Source of the DNA: Podarcis melisellensis
Taxonomy: Eukaryota
DNA length: 64,000 nucleotides
NCBI GenBank assembly: GCA_964234715.1
Contig: OZ174276.1
Strand: one strand, 5' to 3'
Part shown: in pieces, positions 1 through 12,300 of the stretch
How the letters are laid out: each line of letters starts with the position of its first letter
How positions within the stretch are numbered: the first letter of the stretch is position 1
The notes under the pieces: model-generated
What the model saw: the letters and a program-made list of their open reading frames with translations, nothing else
The model's database searches: none
Told to the model about the DNA's origin: nothing
Position numbers and translations under genes: made by a program

Positions 1-24
1 GAGTACTTTCAGAGTGGTCCTTAC

Positions 25-384
25 CATGCACAGAGATGTATCTTTTGTGGCAGTGCTTTTCGCTGTTCTCCCTGTTTTGCACTTCGCACACATAGTCCCC
101 TTCGTCCTCTAGTGAGATACTTGGAATGGTGAGTGTCAAAGCAGCATAATTGGAGTTGGGTTTGAAATGCAGCTCTCCTTGCATCTTTGTTGCATAGTGG
201 TGGACATTCTTGCAGTCCAAGACCAGCGGGTTGCCCTCTTCATCATGCAGCGTCGAAAGGTTGAGTCGGTACCACTGCAAGTTCTCATAGGTGTAATTGT
301 CAGCATTGCAGCTTAGCCTCAGGTCTTGCCCCTCAATGGGCTCTTCTGAAGGCTGCGATTCAATTTCAAACCCATTTGGAATGG
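25..384 (-). CDS. FLT4: FLT4 exon 13 (360 nt): (T)IPNGFEIESQPSEEPIEGQDLRLSCNADNYTYENLQWYRLNLSTLHDEEGNPLVLDCKNVHHYATKMQGELHFKPNSNYAALTLTIPSISLEDEGDYVCEVQNRENSEKHCHKRYISVH (Ig6)
   Basis: Acceptor ctggcag|CC, donor CATG|gtaagg; WYRLNLSTLHD, LDCKNVH and EGxYVCEVQ motifs. Not listed in the ORF track. Confidence 0.95.
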
Positions 385-1402
385 CTGCCAGGAAAACAAG
401 ACAAGGAAACAGATGTGTGACGGAATTGCAAAAGTTGAAATACAAGTCTCAATCTCAGGCTACGCTTATGGAATTCTATTCTATGTGCTCAAGACTGTAT
501 GGTTAAGGAATGGGAGAAACCACTTACTTGTATGTGTTTATTTAAATGCATGCACAATGGTCGCTTCAAATATGTTGAATGAAAGGTTTGGCTTTGTCCA
601 CACACAGAGAAGAATGAAAAAAGCCACCAATGAATAAAACCACAATCCAAACACTTATAAGAGGAAATCACTATTATTATACTATGTCTTAGTATAATAT
701 GATTTATGACTTACTATTATACTATGATTTACTATTATACTATGAGTGGCAAGGTCAGGGCTGTGTTGGCACACCAGCAGAGCCCCTCTGGAGCTCCCAC
801 TGGTGCAATCATGCAGCCCCAACCTTGCCACTGTGCTGCTCTACTCTGGGAAGTGGAAGTGACACCAGTGTCAGGAGGCTGACTCAAATAGCACAGTCCA
901 CTGGGTGCTCCTGGGAGTTGTAATCCAAAACCTGGGAGTTGTAGTCCCAAACTTGGTTGAAGAAATCTGTTAAAGAGACAAAAACCCAACTTCCTAAATA
1001 TGTAATGAAACTGGGACACCACAAGAGAGTCTATTCAGCGACAGGGCACTAGGGGGTGCTACTGCACCAGGAACACTTGGGAAATGCATGCTCCAGCATT
1101 TTCGTGGAAGGGAGCTTTGATCTCTTCACTAGCAAATATCTGCTCACAGGAAACATGAGAGAGGAACTGAGTTTGTATTTTCTCTTTTCTAGCTCCAGGA
1201 TATCTCTTGCATACTCTTATTTGCAGTGGAAACCAGCCTGGCTTTTTAACATCTCATAGTGGATATGTTTTATTCTGGATGCAGACTTTACTAAGGAGGT
1301 GGAGGCCCATGTTTTTGTTACAGATGAAGCCAGTTTGAAAAAATGAAATCCCAAATCAAACGATGAATGCTCAAATATAAACATCTGCAAAGTGAATTTT
1401 TC

Positions 1403-1806
1403 AAAAGGGCATGGAAACCAAGCCTTATGAGGAACAGTTGAGGGAGCTGGGTATGCTTAGCTTTGAAAAGATGATAGTGAGAGGAGATATGATAGCCATC
1501 TTCAAACATCTAAAGGGCTGTCACTTGGAAGATGGAGCAAGATTCTTTTATCCTGTTCCAGGTTAGGACCCAAAACAATGGCTTCACGTTACAAGAAAGG
1601 AGATTCCAACTAAGCGTCTGGAAGAACTTTATGACAGTAAGAGCTGTTTGACAGTGGAACAGTCTCCTTCTATAGACAGTGGATTCTCCTTCCTTGGAAG
1701 TTTTAAAGCAGAGGTTGGATGGCTATCTGTTAAGGATGCTTTAGTTGAGACACCTGCATTGCAGGCGGTTGGTTCCTTCCAACTCTACAATTCTATGATT
1801 CTGTGA
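1403..1806 (+). mobile_element. CR1 LINE 3' fragment
   Basis: CR1 ORF2 end and 3' UTR pattern (ccttatgaggaacagttgagggagctgg...gtttttaagcagaggttggat-like), ending in the CR1 octamer tail attctatg-attctgtg. Confidence 0.85.
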
Positions 1807-2268
1807 AATCCCAATTTGAAAACTCATCTTTCAGCTACAAAGCTCAAATTTTGATCATGATTATAAAAAAGAAATTGAGGTGGCAAATGTGTGGCTCTAC
1901 TGACTAAACTATAAGAACCAAAGTTAGAGGTTTACCCTCAAACTCAACATTTTGACAAAGTTTGAGGAACTCCTATATTATTAAAAATCTGATAATCTGA
2001 AACTGTACAGATTTTGAAATCTGAGAAAAAAAATTAATTCACCACTAGGCCTTATTAAAAGGTCCATGTCTTTCAGTGATCTGTATGTTCAGTCCCGGAG
2101 GAGGCCATATAAACACACACACACAGTGCTGTCTGATTGTGAGCACATCATGGCAGTAATGCTTTTAAAAACACTCATGAACCATTCAAATGGTCTGTGA
2201 GCGAAGGTCAGATGCAAAGACAAAGGACTGACCCCCCCCACAAAATATACATGCTTTATGATACTCAC

Positions 2269-2377
2269 TAGTTACATAGAAATAGATGAGCCGTTCATCA
2301 CGGCCAACTTTGTTAGAGGCTGCACACTTGTACATGACAGAAACGTTGGCTTCTTGGATGATAAGTTTGCTGACCGT
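2269..2377 (-). CDS. FLT4: FLT4 exon 12 (109 nt): [36 protein letters not shown] (Ig5)
   Basis: Acceptor ttaccag|ACG, donor ACTA|gtgagt; overlaps ORF 2186..2413. Confidence 0.96.
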
Positions 2378-3462
2378 CTGGTAAAGAAACAGAATGGGCA
2401 ACATGAATGACATTTAAAATATGGAAACACAAGACTTCTCAGCTTCTTACCAACCTTCCAGGAAGGAAGAGGATGCTCTAGCTTCATTCTTATGCTCTGG
2501 GGAATTGCATGATGAAATATTTAAGGGTATGTTTGCACCACCCATTCAATTTATGTCCAGTTTCTCCTATCTCTTCATTTTGTTTCCACTGATAGTTTGC
2601 TTATCATTCAGCATTGTCCTGTGATCTCCATTCACCACTTCCCTTACTGAAATGCTGCTGTTGCACTGAGACACTCCCCTCAATAAAAAGGGTTAAATCA
2701 GGGGCAGCAAACTTTATTTATGTGCTGCCATTCTGCTTACAGGGAAGTAGGCTGAAAGGGGGTTAGTAGCCATACACAAACAGATGGTGCATAATGACCT
2801 GACACAGAATTTTGGAGAAGCCAAGGACAGGAACAAAGAGGTGTACACCAGACAAATGCCATCTTTTGTTCCTGTTTAAAGAGAGGATTGCAGATGTAGT
2901 GCAAATTATAGGAAAAGCAACAGATGAGAAATGTATGGGTGGGACCACTAGGCTTGTCCACACTACAGTTCAGTGTGTTTGCAGCTGTTTGCATCCCCAT
3001 TTAATTTGCTTAGTCCACATTTCAAACAACACCAATCTCAGGGCTTTCCCCCTGTAAATTTAGGTTTACGCAATATGGGGATACTTTGATAAACTGGGGA
3101 AAATTTGGCTGCAAACCACTTCACCCAGGGTTGCAGATCATTTGTTTTGGTGTGTTTTGGATGGGTAAATCAATTGTCACTTTCTGCTACTGCTCTTTCC
3201 ATTCCTGCTACTTCATCGGTGCTTTCATTGCTTTTCCAGCTGTGCCCGTAACTGTTTTTGGTGTACTCCTGAATGCAGGATTCACCCCACCCCACCCCAC
3301 CCCCAGCCTTTGATCCCACAGATTTGCATTAACCAGAAAATTGCACAAACAAAGCACATGAAAAATTTCTACACCAATTACATTGGGCAGCCATCTGAAA
3401 AGTGGGTGCTGAAATTTTACAATTGATTTCATTTCTTTTCCAGCATCCTAGTAATAGTGAGT

Positions 3463-3608
3463 NNNNNNNNNNNNNNNNNNNNNNNNNNNNNNNNNNNNNN
3501 NNNNNNNNNNNNNNNNNNNNNNNNNNNNNNNNNNNNNNNNNNNNNNNNNNNNNNNNNNNNNNNNNNNNNNNNNNNNNNNNNNNNNNNNNNNNNNNNNNNN
3601 NNNNNNNN
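3463..3608. other. Assembly gap (146 N) in intron 11
   Basis: Run of N. Confidence 1.
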
Positions 3609-5299
3609 TTGATATTCTTTTGATCCCTCAGATTTCCACAGAACTAGAAAACTGCACAAGCAAATTTATGATTGCCTGACAGTGTGTTTTTGCACACTTC
3701 TTGGGCAAAGATGTTAAGGAACAAAAAAACAAAACAAGGTGCACGTACCTGCATGCATGCCCTGTCAGTCCTTAACTGGCATAATAGAATCAAGAAATTA
3801 GAAGGCTACAACAAACGCAAAAGAATGCCTGCTAGTATGAATGGGAAAGACCACTGAAGTCTAATTTGAATTGGGGTGGGGTGGATTAAGAACTAAGTAA
3901 TGCTCAAACGTGGACAAGCCCACTCTAAGATGGATCTGCTCTGCTGACCTTTGCAGATCATCTGTGGAAGGATAGCTCCAGTTCCTTTAATGATATATGC
4001 AGTGGTCCACAAAATGTCAACACAGCTGCTGGCTAGTGCAATTAAACTAACATAATATTTTGGTTTATAATATAAACCAAATAATATAATATTTAACAAA
4101 TTCTACAGTACAAAACTACAAAACCATGCACAACAGGGTATGCACAATGTCCATCATCTAGATTTAATTCCTATTGCTTCCAATTTGTCTTATAACCTAT
4201 GCTTGGAAATTAACTATTCTGGTGTTATAAGCCTATTCCACCTATCCGCATAGTCCTGCTTTCTTCTAGTTCAGAAACTACATAGGAGTGGCTTTCAGTC
4301 TGTGCTTTAGGGAATCCTTCTTGTAAACTGAAAGGCTGGTTAGAAATTCATTCATCAAATGAAATCAATTAACCCTGGGAAGTTTATTCCTCGTTTGTTG
4401 TCTTGTAACAGACATTCCTTCAGGTTGCAATGAAGGAGGGAAGCAGGGCCATTCCATTAGCTCTGCTGAGAAACCAGCTCCATCAGGTTTCTCCCCACAT
4501 CAGTGGTCATTTAGTAGCAGCCATTCCGTCAGACTGTCCACAGAGGAAGAAGAAAGGAAGCAGAGCCATTCTGTCGCTCAGTGGAAAAACCAGCAACTTT
4601 GGGTTCTTCCTCTACTTGAATTGGTATCAATGAAACAAACAAATTTAAATAGTGGTACCCAGGGCTGCATCTAGCGACCTGTTCATAGACAGGAGACTTT
4701 CCTAATGTTCTGGAGTATCAATTCCATTAGCAAAAGTTTTGAAGGCCAGAAGACTAGCTATTTTCTTATACTGGCATACTCATATTATGAAACATATAGC
4801 CCACCTTTCCACCGAATATGATTCAGGTAGCTAACAAGAATAAAATAAACAAATGCAAAAATGCCATCACATAACGGAAATGCGAGACAGCTTTTGGAGA
4901 CACCACTCACCACTCCAGGAGCATTACCAGAGCCCAAGCATTTGAGGGGCTGACTGGCTGAGTCAGAATTGCAAGTTATTTACAAATGTTTTCTATTCAT
5001 GCTGCTTTCCCTACTAGTAACTTGGGCGGGGGGAGGAAATAAAGAAATATATATGGCAATGGATCCTGTAAAGGACAAAGCAGGGGGGGGGGAAATGGGT
5101 TGAAGGAGAGAAAGGAAAGTAAAAGAAGTGAATGTAATATATGTTAAATTACTATCCCAAATAATATCACCAAATATGACTTGTCTATTATTAGGATAGG
5201 TTCAGAAAACAGACTGTCTCTTGGTATAAGCCATTAACACAGCCTGCATCAGAGCATGAAACATGCCTCTCTCCTTCCCATCATCCTTTCCGTTGCTTT

Positions 5300-5470
5300 C
5301 CAACTCCTGACTGAAATTGGAACAGGAAGTGATTTTGGAGGGGTGTATGAAAACAGGAAGTGACTTCAGGAAACTGGGAACCATTTGTTTGTTCTTTAGC
5401 CTGCATCACTATTATGCACGCGTGTTTGGTAACTGACATTGTCACCTAGAACAGGAAACTAGTCATAGAA
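5300..5470. promoter_or_regulatory. Candidate endothelial enhancer (FOX:ETS/ETS/SOX cluster) in intron 11
   Basis: AACAGGAAGT 5321-5330, AAAACAGGAAGTG 5350-5362, CAGGAAAC from 5367, TGTTTGTT 5386-5393, CACGCGTG 5417-5424, GACATTGTC 5435-5443, GAACAGGAAACT 5449-5460. Confidence 0.55.
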
Positions 5471-7197
5471 AAGCACACATGACTCTGGCATTTATACAGG
5501 GGGGATGGAAAGAAACAGCCTTTAAATGCCAGCTAGTCATGCATCAGGACTGGAGAGAAAGGGAAAAAAATCATTCCAGAAAGGAAATATAGTGCAATGT
5601 CCAATGGAACCTCTCACACTTCAAAGCAACACTTCATACACTTGGATCCACATATTTGTACTGGGATAGTGTACAGGGCCAAACTGTTCATAATGGCCCA
5701 TTGAGTCTGGTAGTTGAATCGAGAGAAAGTAGGGGGCAGGTGAGTGGGGCGACTGAAAGCACAGCCTAAGCAAGAGGGAAGAGTTGGACTCTTGTTGCCT
5801 ATGTTTTTTACCCCTTAAATGTCCTACCTCAGCTGTCCCACCATCCCTGAGTGGCTTTATGAAATTCCAACCAGGAGAAAAATGGCTGAAGCACAGTAGT
5901 TTGGGGGCAAAAAATAAGGATAGGAAAAGGGTTCTCCCTGCCATTCCACCTCAAGTTCTCAATTCCAATTCCCACCCACCCCTTATATTTAGCAGGACCA
6001 AGGTGGTTCTGCCACTGCGACATCAAATTTATTTTTCAGCAGTTTCACTGAATCTAGCTTAATGTGGGACAAAGTGTAGTTTAATAATCAGAATGCTGGC
6101 CTGAGTCTTAAAAACAGTTGTGATATATATTCTTATGGAATGGAGTTTGGAATGAATATTGTTGGGCATCTTCTGTGGTGGCACCCCAGTTACAGAATGT
6201 CTTTTGTCTTTTTGGCACTAACTCAAAATTCATGTTTTTCCTCAGCCATTTATAGAATGTCAGCAGTGAATTTATTTTGAAGAATGAAGATTGCTGTTAT
6301 TTACTATATCACTAACACCAAATAAACATGGTTCCTGCTTGTTTTTATGGTAGTTTGGAATTTGATGCATTTATGTTCAGTATTTAAGTTCAGGTTAGAA
6401 ATATTTTACATAAACATATACATAGATATTCATTGTATTGAAATATTCCACTGCACTCTGCCTTCCATTCAGCTTGCTCATAGATGACCTCATTCCTCTA
6501 TGAAGAAAGCCATGCTCTGACTCATGGAACTGTCTTTAAACAACCACAGTGGACAATACCTTCTAATTTAATGTTCACCTTTTAAATCACTCTGTTAAAT
6601 ACGCATACATTCAGTGCTAAATTCACTGAAAGCAATGCAAATTTAGATCATTATTATCACTGTCTCTAGTATTCCTTCCTTTGCACATTCATACAATGTT
6701 TGCCCCCACATTTGCCAGTGCCATTCACATAAATCTGGTGAATTCTTAACCTTTGAGTAACGTCAGCCATATTAGGAGTACATGACAGCTATGGAAGTTT
6801 CACACTCTGCAGCCTTCATTTCTTCAGAGTCCTCCCCCCACCCCCACCCCGCATTGTGAACTATTTTTTATTTCATGTGAATGTATTCAGAAATGTCAGT
6901 CTTCACATTTTATACCTCTCTCAAGTATCATAATTGGTAGTAAGGATCTTAACAGGTTATCCAAAACTGGCTTTGGTTTTTCATATAAACGTATAGATAA
7001 GACAAAAACTGATTACTAAATGTGTAATCATTTAGCTGCAATATAACTGACCACACGATGGAAGTCAACTCACAGTTTGGCTTCATGCTGCAAAATCAGC
7101 TAAAACGGTTTGGCCTGAGAAGGCTCCGTCTCATGAGCTCGAGGTGCTTCTACCTCTTTCCAACGCAGAAAGGACAAAGAGAAACATGTGTCCTCAC

Positions 7198-7339
7198 CTT
7201 GTTCCTTCCTTCCACAAACTCTGTCCAGGTGTCAATGCTTTCAATGGCATTCACAGCATCCAGCTGCGACACATCCTTCCAGTCCTTACACTCGGGCATC
7301 CGGTCTCGCTGATGGCGCCGGACAGTCCTCCTCCTGCTC
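7198..7339 (-). CDS. FLT4: FLT4 exon 11 (142 nt with the proximal TAG acceptor): [47 protein letters not shown] (Ig5)
   Basis: Acceptor aaatag|GAGCAG, donor AAG|gtgagg; overlaps ORF 7150..7440. The 5' boundary is ambiguous by 3-6 nt because of tandem AGs. Confidence 0.9.
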
Positions 7340-7469
7340 CTATTTATCCAGAAGCCATGAAAGAAGAAGAGACAGAGAGAAACAGGAGATTTGGTTAGCC
7401 AATAAAAGACGTTACTGGGAAGATTACAGGGCATTAACATACAATGCTGCCTCTAATATAATTAGGAGG

Positions 7470-7730
7470 AGAGGGAAAATGCCTAAGGGGGAGCACAAGG
7501 TGGCCTTATAAAACTTTGCATGGTACAGAGAAAACGGATAAAGAGAAAATGTTCTCCCTCTCCCACAGTATGAGAAATCAAGGATCACCAGTGATAGCAT
7601 GAGAGTCAGAAGAGATGGAATATAAGCACTTCTCTTCATGTAGTGAACAATTCACTCCACTTCATGTGGTGATAACCACTAGCTTAGATTGCTTTAAAAG
7701 GGGGTAAAAAATGAAAGGATATTTCATATA
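7470..7730 (+). mobile_element. Degenerate CR1-type LINE 3' fragment
   Basis: Diverged CR1 3' pattern (gcatggtacagagaaaacggataaagagaaaatgttctccctctccca...gtggtgataaccactagcttagattgctttaaaaggggg); boundaries approximate. Confidence 0.55.
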
Positions 7731-8956
7731 CAGCTATCAGATTGTTATATGGAGCCAGCAGCAGTTGGTGGGGTGGTAAGGTCCAGAAAGCTCAAGGTAG
7801 TGCAGGCAGGGTGATGTGTGGCAAGAGCACTGGACTGGCTCCTTTGCCATGCCTGCACAGTTAAGCTCCCTGCACCTTGCCCCTCCCTCTGCCTGGAACC
7901 CTGACCATATGGGGTGCCAGTGTCTGGGGAGCAAAAGCAGGAGAAGAATATAGCCTTCATGCCGTGCTGTGTGGATGCTCGTGTTAGATATATGGTGTGC
8001 ACACAACCTGAAAGAATTTTTAATGTGGGAGGTCAGGGGATTGATATGCATCTAAGGGACACTGACTGAGAGTTAAGAGAGAGTATGCTACAGGGTGTGG
8101 CATCCTGCAACATGTGTCAGAAGGCGTCTGCTGGAAAGTCGGGTTCAAATGTAATGCAATGTGGGTACCTGGATAAAGTGTCTGCACTGCTGTGTATGCA
8201 GTAGACCAGGTATGGACAAGTGGTGGCCCAAAACATTTCTGAGAGTGTTGGATAGTTCTGGCACCCAAATTAACATCTGGCAGATAGTGTGCTCCTCCGC
8301 CCAAACAACATGCCTTCATTAGAGAAGATGAGGGGACAGATGTTTAGCACACTTAGTGTACCATAACAAGAGTGAGAATCTGTTTAAACAACAGGAAATC
8401 ATGATGCATCCTCTGAAGCTGGGATAAGCATAAAGATTGTGGCCTTGGGAGACAGTGCTAATAATTCAACAACTCCTCTCCTTCCTGACAAGGCCACAAA
8501 GCATTCTGATGGGACTGGAAATGCCCTTGTTTCCTCAGCCAGTCAAACAGTACATTTACGGCATCAGTATTTTTATAGATGCCCCACTTCCTCCTGGGTC
8601 AATAATGCTTCCCTGTCACATTCCTCTCTATCTTAGAGGCCTCTTTCTATCTTTCTTTCTCAATAATAATAGACCTTTGCTGTAAAATGTCCTGCCAGCA
8701 GTACCCAAAGGAACAGGAGGCAGCTTGTCTCCTGCACAATAACCATTCAGACAGAGATAGAGGTCATATAAATTGTCCTTGTTTCTAAGGGCAGTTCCAC
8801 AACTACTTTTGCCACATCCAGAGTCTGTCACACCTGGTCAAACAGAGCCTCCATGAGGAAAAGAACCTCTGGTGCATGCTGAATGCCATTGCAAATCACC
8901 ACAAGCTTCTCCAGTCAACCAGCAAGGGAAAAAGGAAAATTATGGGGCACCCACAA

Positions 8957-9308
8957 GGGATGCAGGTGGTGCTGTGGTCTAAACCACAGAGCCTAGGGCT
9001 TGCCGATCGGAAGGTCGGCAGTTCAAATCCCCGTGATGGGGTGAGCTCCTGTTGCTCACTCCCAGCTCCTGCCAACCTAGCAGTTCAAAAGCGTGTCAAA
9101 GTGCAAGTAGATAAATAGGTACCGCTCTGGTGGGAAGGTATGGTAAATGGCGTTTCCGTGTGCTGCTCTGGCCACATGCTGGCCACATGACCCGGAAAAA
9201 CTGTCTGTGGAGAAACATCAGCTCCCTCAGCCAGTAAAGCGAGAAGAGTGCCGCAACCCCAGAGTCGTTTGTGATTGGACTTAACCATCAGAGGTCCTTT
9301 ACCTTTTT
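8957..9308 (+). mobile_element. Sauria SINE, near full length
   Basis: tRNA-like head with A/B-box-like segments (gtggtgctgtggtctaaaccac; gttcaaatcc), the typical body gtgcaagtagataaataggtacc, and a ctttaccttt tail. Confidence 0.88.
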
Positions 9309-12300
9309 AGCAGCCTCCACAGCTCTTTGGGCTACATTGCTTGGGACAGGGAAAATAAGCACCCTGCTTCTCACCCAGCTGAAGCACAGATACTAAACAG
9401 TCTGGGAAAAACAAGCAGTTCAAGCCTTTCTTAGCAAGCTGCCCAAGTTTCCTTGGAGACAGGCCTACTTCACATTCTCAGAACCGTTGCGCTAAGGGGT
9501 TTGTTTTGGAGTTAAAATGCTGGAGGCCAGTAAATTCTCATTTATTAAATGGCTGCTGCCCTATGTTTCAATTCTGTGTTAATGTTTCCAAGAACTGTTT
9601 CCCTCCACACAGTCGAAACAAAGTGGACCACTTTGCTTTGTATTCTTGTTCTCTCTTTCTCTCACACATTCTTCTTCTCCCAATCTAATGGGCTTTTTTT
9701 TATCTCTCTGCTTCTTGATGTAGTCATAGGCATCTTGGAGTCCAAAACTTTTTATGAGTCTTCCTATCACTTAGTATTACAACAGCTCCATGCATTCTGC
9801 CTTATGACTTTAACTTGCGTGAATCTGCTACTTCTACATTCACTCAGCTTTTACTGAAGCTTCATTGTCACTTTGAATCAAATATGATCTTGGGGTCACA
9901 CAGAGGTACAGTATAGTGTGTGGGGAGCATGGCCCTGGGCACAGTTTTGAGAGGGGCATGACTAGGCGCCCCTCCCAGACTCCCTTATTGGGCCTGGCTC
10001 CAGCTCCTGGGCCAGGTCTGACCCGGGAGGCAGAGAGAAGGAGGATAGTCACAGCAGCAGTGTTGCTGCCCCTCTCCTCGGCCGGGCAGTGCTGTGTGAG
10101 GATGCTGCCAAGGCAGCATTATCATGCCTGGCTGGGCGCAGCAGGCTCCCACCACCCCTGCCCCCTTAGGGCATGCCCTACGCACCCAATTTAGGTGGCA
10201 GGAGCGTACGTTCCACTGCTGGGGTAGCATACTGTTCAGTCATTTTTGCAGGCTTTCACACTTTACTTTGACAGATTTGCGATTTCAAGCTTCTGCCTTT
10301 GTGGAATTTACTGAAGTAACATAAGTTCTTTGTGTGGGATAACCAGCCTCATATAACCAAGTTGCTTAAGTCTAATTAACACATGAAGGGGTTAATACCA
10401 TAGAGTAAGCTGTTTTGCCAGGCTTAGTTATGCCCACTTCCCCTCACCTTGGGAGGAACTAGGTAATCAAGCCTATCGTTTCTTCCTAGTCTGTGGGAGA
10501 AGCTCAGCATGTGAAGAGGCTAAGCTGGTTGCTCCAACTTAGCCACATGGCTCTAACAAGCCACTCTTGAGTTCCTATACCAATAATTTGGGAACTTTCA
10601 CTACTGTAACTATTTCAGATTTTACTGCCTGTGCAGCTTTTTCTGTACTTGCCCCAAACCTGGATTTTGGCATCTAGGGAATTCTTTATACATTATACCC
10701 CTTTTTTCATTGCACCAACACTTTGGGGTCCAAACATATTCTTATCTAGTTTTATTTTCAACAACCACTGGATCATCTCACTCTGCATTCTGACTATTAA
10801 AAAAACCCCTTTATCTATTAGCACTACTAGAACCTTCTGAGGTGCATGAATTATACAGCAGTACTCATATAGATTTGTTTTTATGAGATATTGTTCTGGT
10901 AAGCAACAAGGGCATTGAAACACATCTTTGTAAAACTTTGTATCAGACTCCCATCGATCTTTCTAAGTCTGTTTCTGTTAAATAGAGTATTAAACGCCTT
11001 AGATGCCACTTCCTACCTAGACATTTTCTGGCAGCTACATAAATTTTCTGCAGGAAAAACCCACACACATTGAAAACCTCACAACTCTGCCATTGTACGG
11101 TAATAATTTCTGCCTTCATTGTCCCTGCAGACAAGCAGCAGGCAAGTTTTGAGTTCTGCCACTAGCATGCTCAGAAACAAATCTCTTGAAGAGGCTAACA
11201 AATCTCTACAGCTTCCTAAGATGGTGCAAACTGCACCAGGCAAAGCAGCTTTGGTTTGATAGATGTCTGTGAAGACTGAAGAGCCACTTATTTATAGGCG
11301 ATTCTTCATGTTAGACCACTGCATTTCTCGTTCTTTTTCTGTCAAATGGCTGAATTGAGTCCACTTTACAAATTGCCTTTTCATGCAGCTGCTGGCCTGT
11401 TCATGTTTGTGAACAATTGCTTCTCAGCTCTATTTTAAACTAGGCCTAGATCCTAACCAGTTTTCAGACACAGAAGGGCCAAACTTGAAATTGATGCAGG
11501 AGTTATGGGCTCAGGTTCCCCAGCTTTTAAAAATATTTAAAAGTAGCCACAGGGCCCCTCATTCAGATTGTCACTGCCATGTTGTGGGGAAATTGTTTTG
11601 CTTTTTAACACCCCTGTGCCTGCATTACATTTCCCTGATTTAAATCAACTCTGAGGGCAAAAATGTACATCTACCCATACAGTACTGATATGTTCTCCCT
11701 TCCCAAACACAGCAGTTTCAATCCAAATATGAGCCCTCTGTAGCTGCTTGTTTTTATTTGGAAAAATGAGACATCCAGTTCTTGAATCTCCCATGGCATG
11801 CCTAGTTTGGACCTAAGCCAATAGTTCAGTCCTCAGTGGCCAGAGAAATCAAAGAAAAAGCACTAGTAGGATAATTCTCTGCAGGAGTAATCAGCAACAT
11901 TTTTACATACTCAACACCAGAAGAAAACCCTGTCTAAACCCCTGCTCCTTTGTGTTGCTCCATGAGAAATCTAAAATGCACCCCCATGGCACAATTAGTT
12001 GCTAGAGAAGCATGGAATCTCTTTTCCAGTAGTCAGGTTTCACACCCATAAGGAGGGAGAATTTTGTGGGCCAAATGAATAGCCCCCTCTCTTGGGTCTA
12101 GAAGATACAGGCAGGAGGGTAAACCTCATTGTCTGCTCCACTCATATGAATAAAAAACTGATGCTCTTGCAACAAGGACCACCATTTGTACTTTCACCTA
12201 CAGATGCTGGACAATAATACCTCTCTGAGATCAAGGTGAAAATAACAGCTTATTATGACATTTGAATTAGGTCTTATTCATAGGTTTTAAAGTGAAGGAA

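Noticed and set aside
670-745. Three copies of (T)ACTATTATACTATG
   Set aside because: An ordinary AT-rich slippage repeat with no functional indication.
8957-9040. tRNA-like A/B-box sequence
   Set aside because: It is the head of a SINE, not a tRNA gene; I see no complete cloverleaf.
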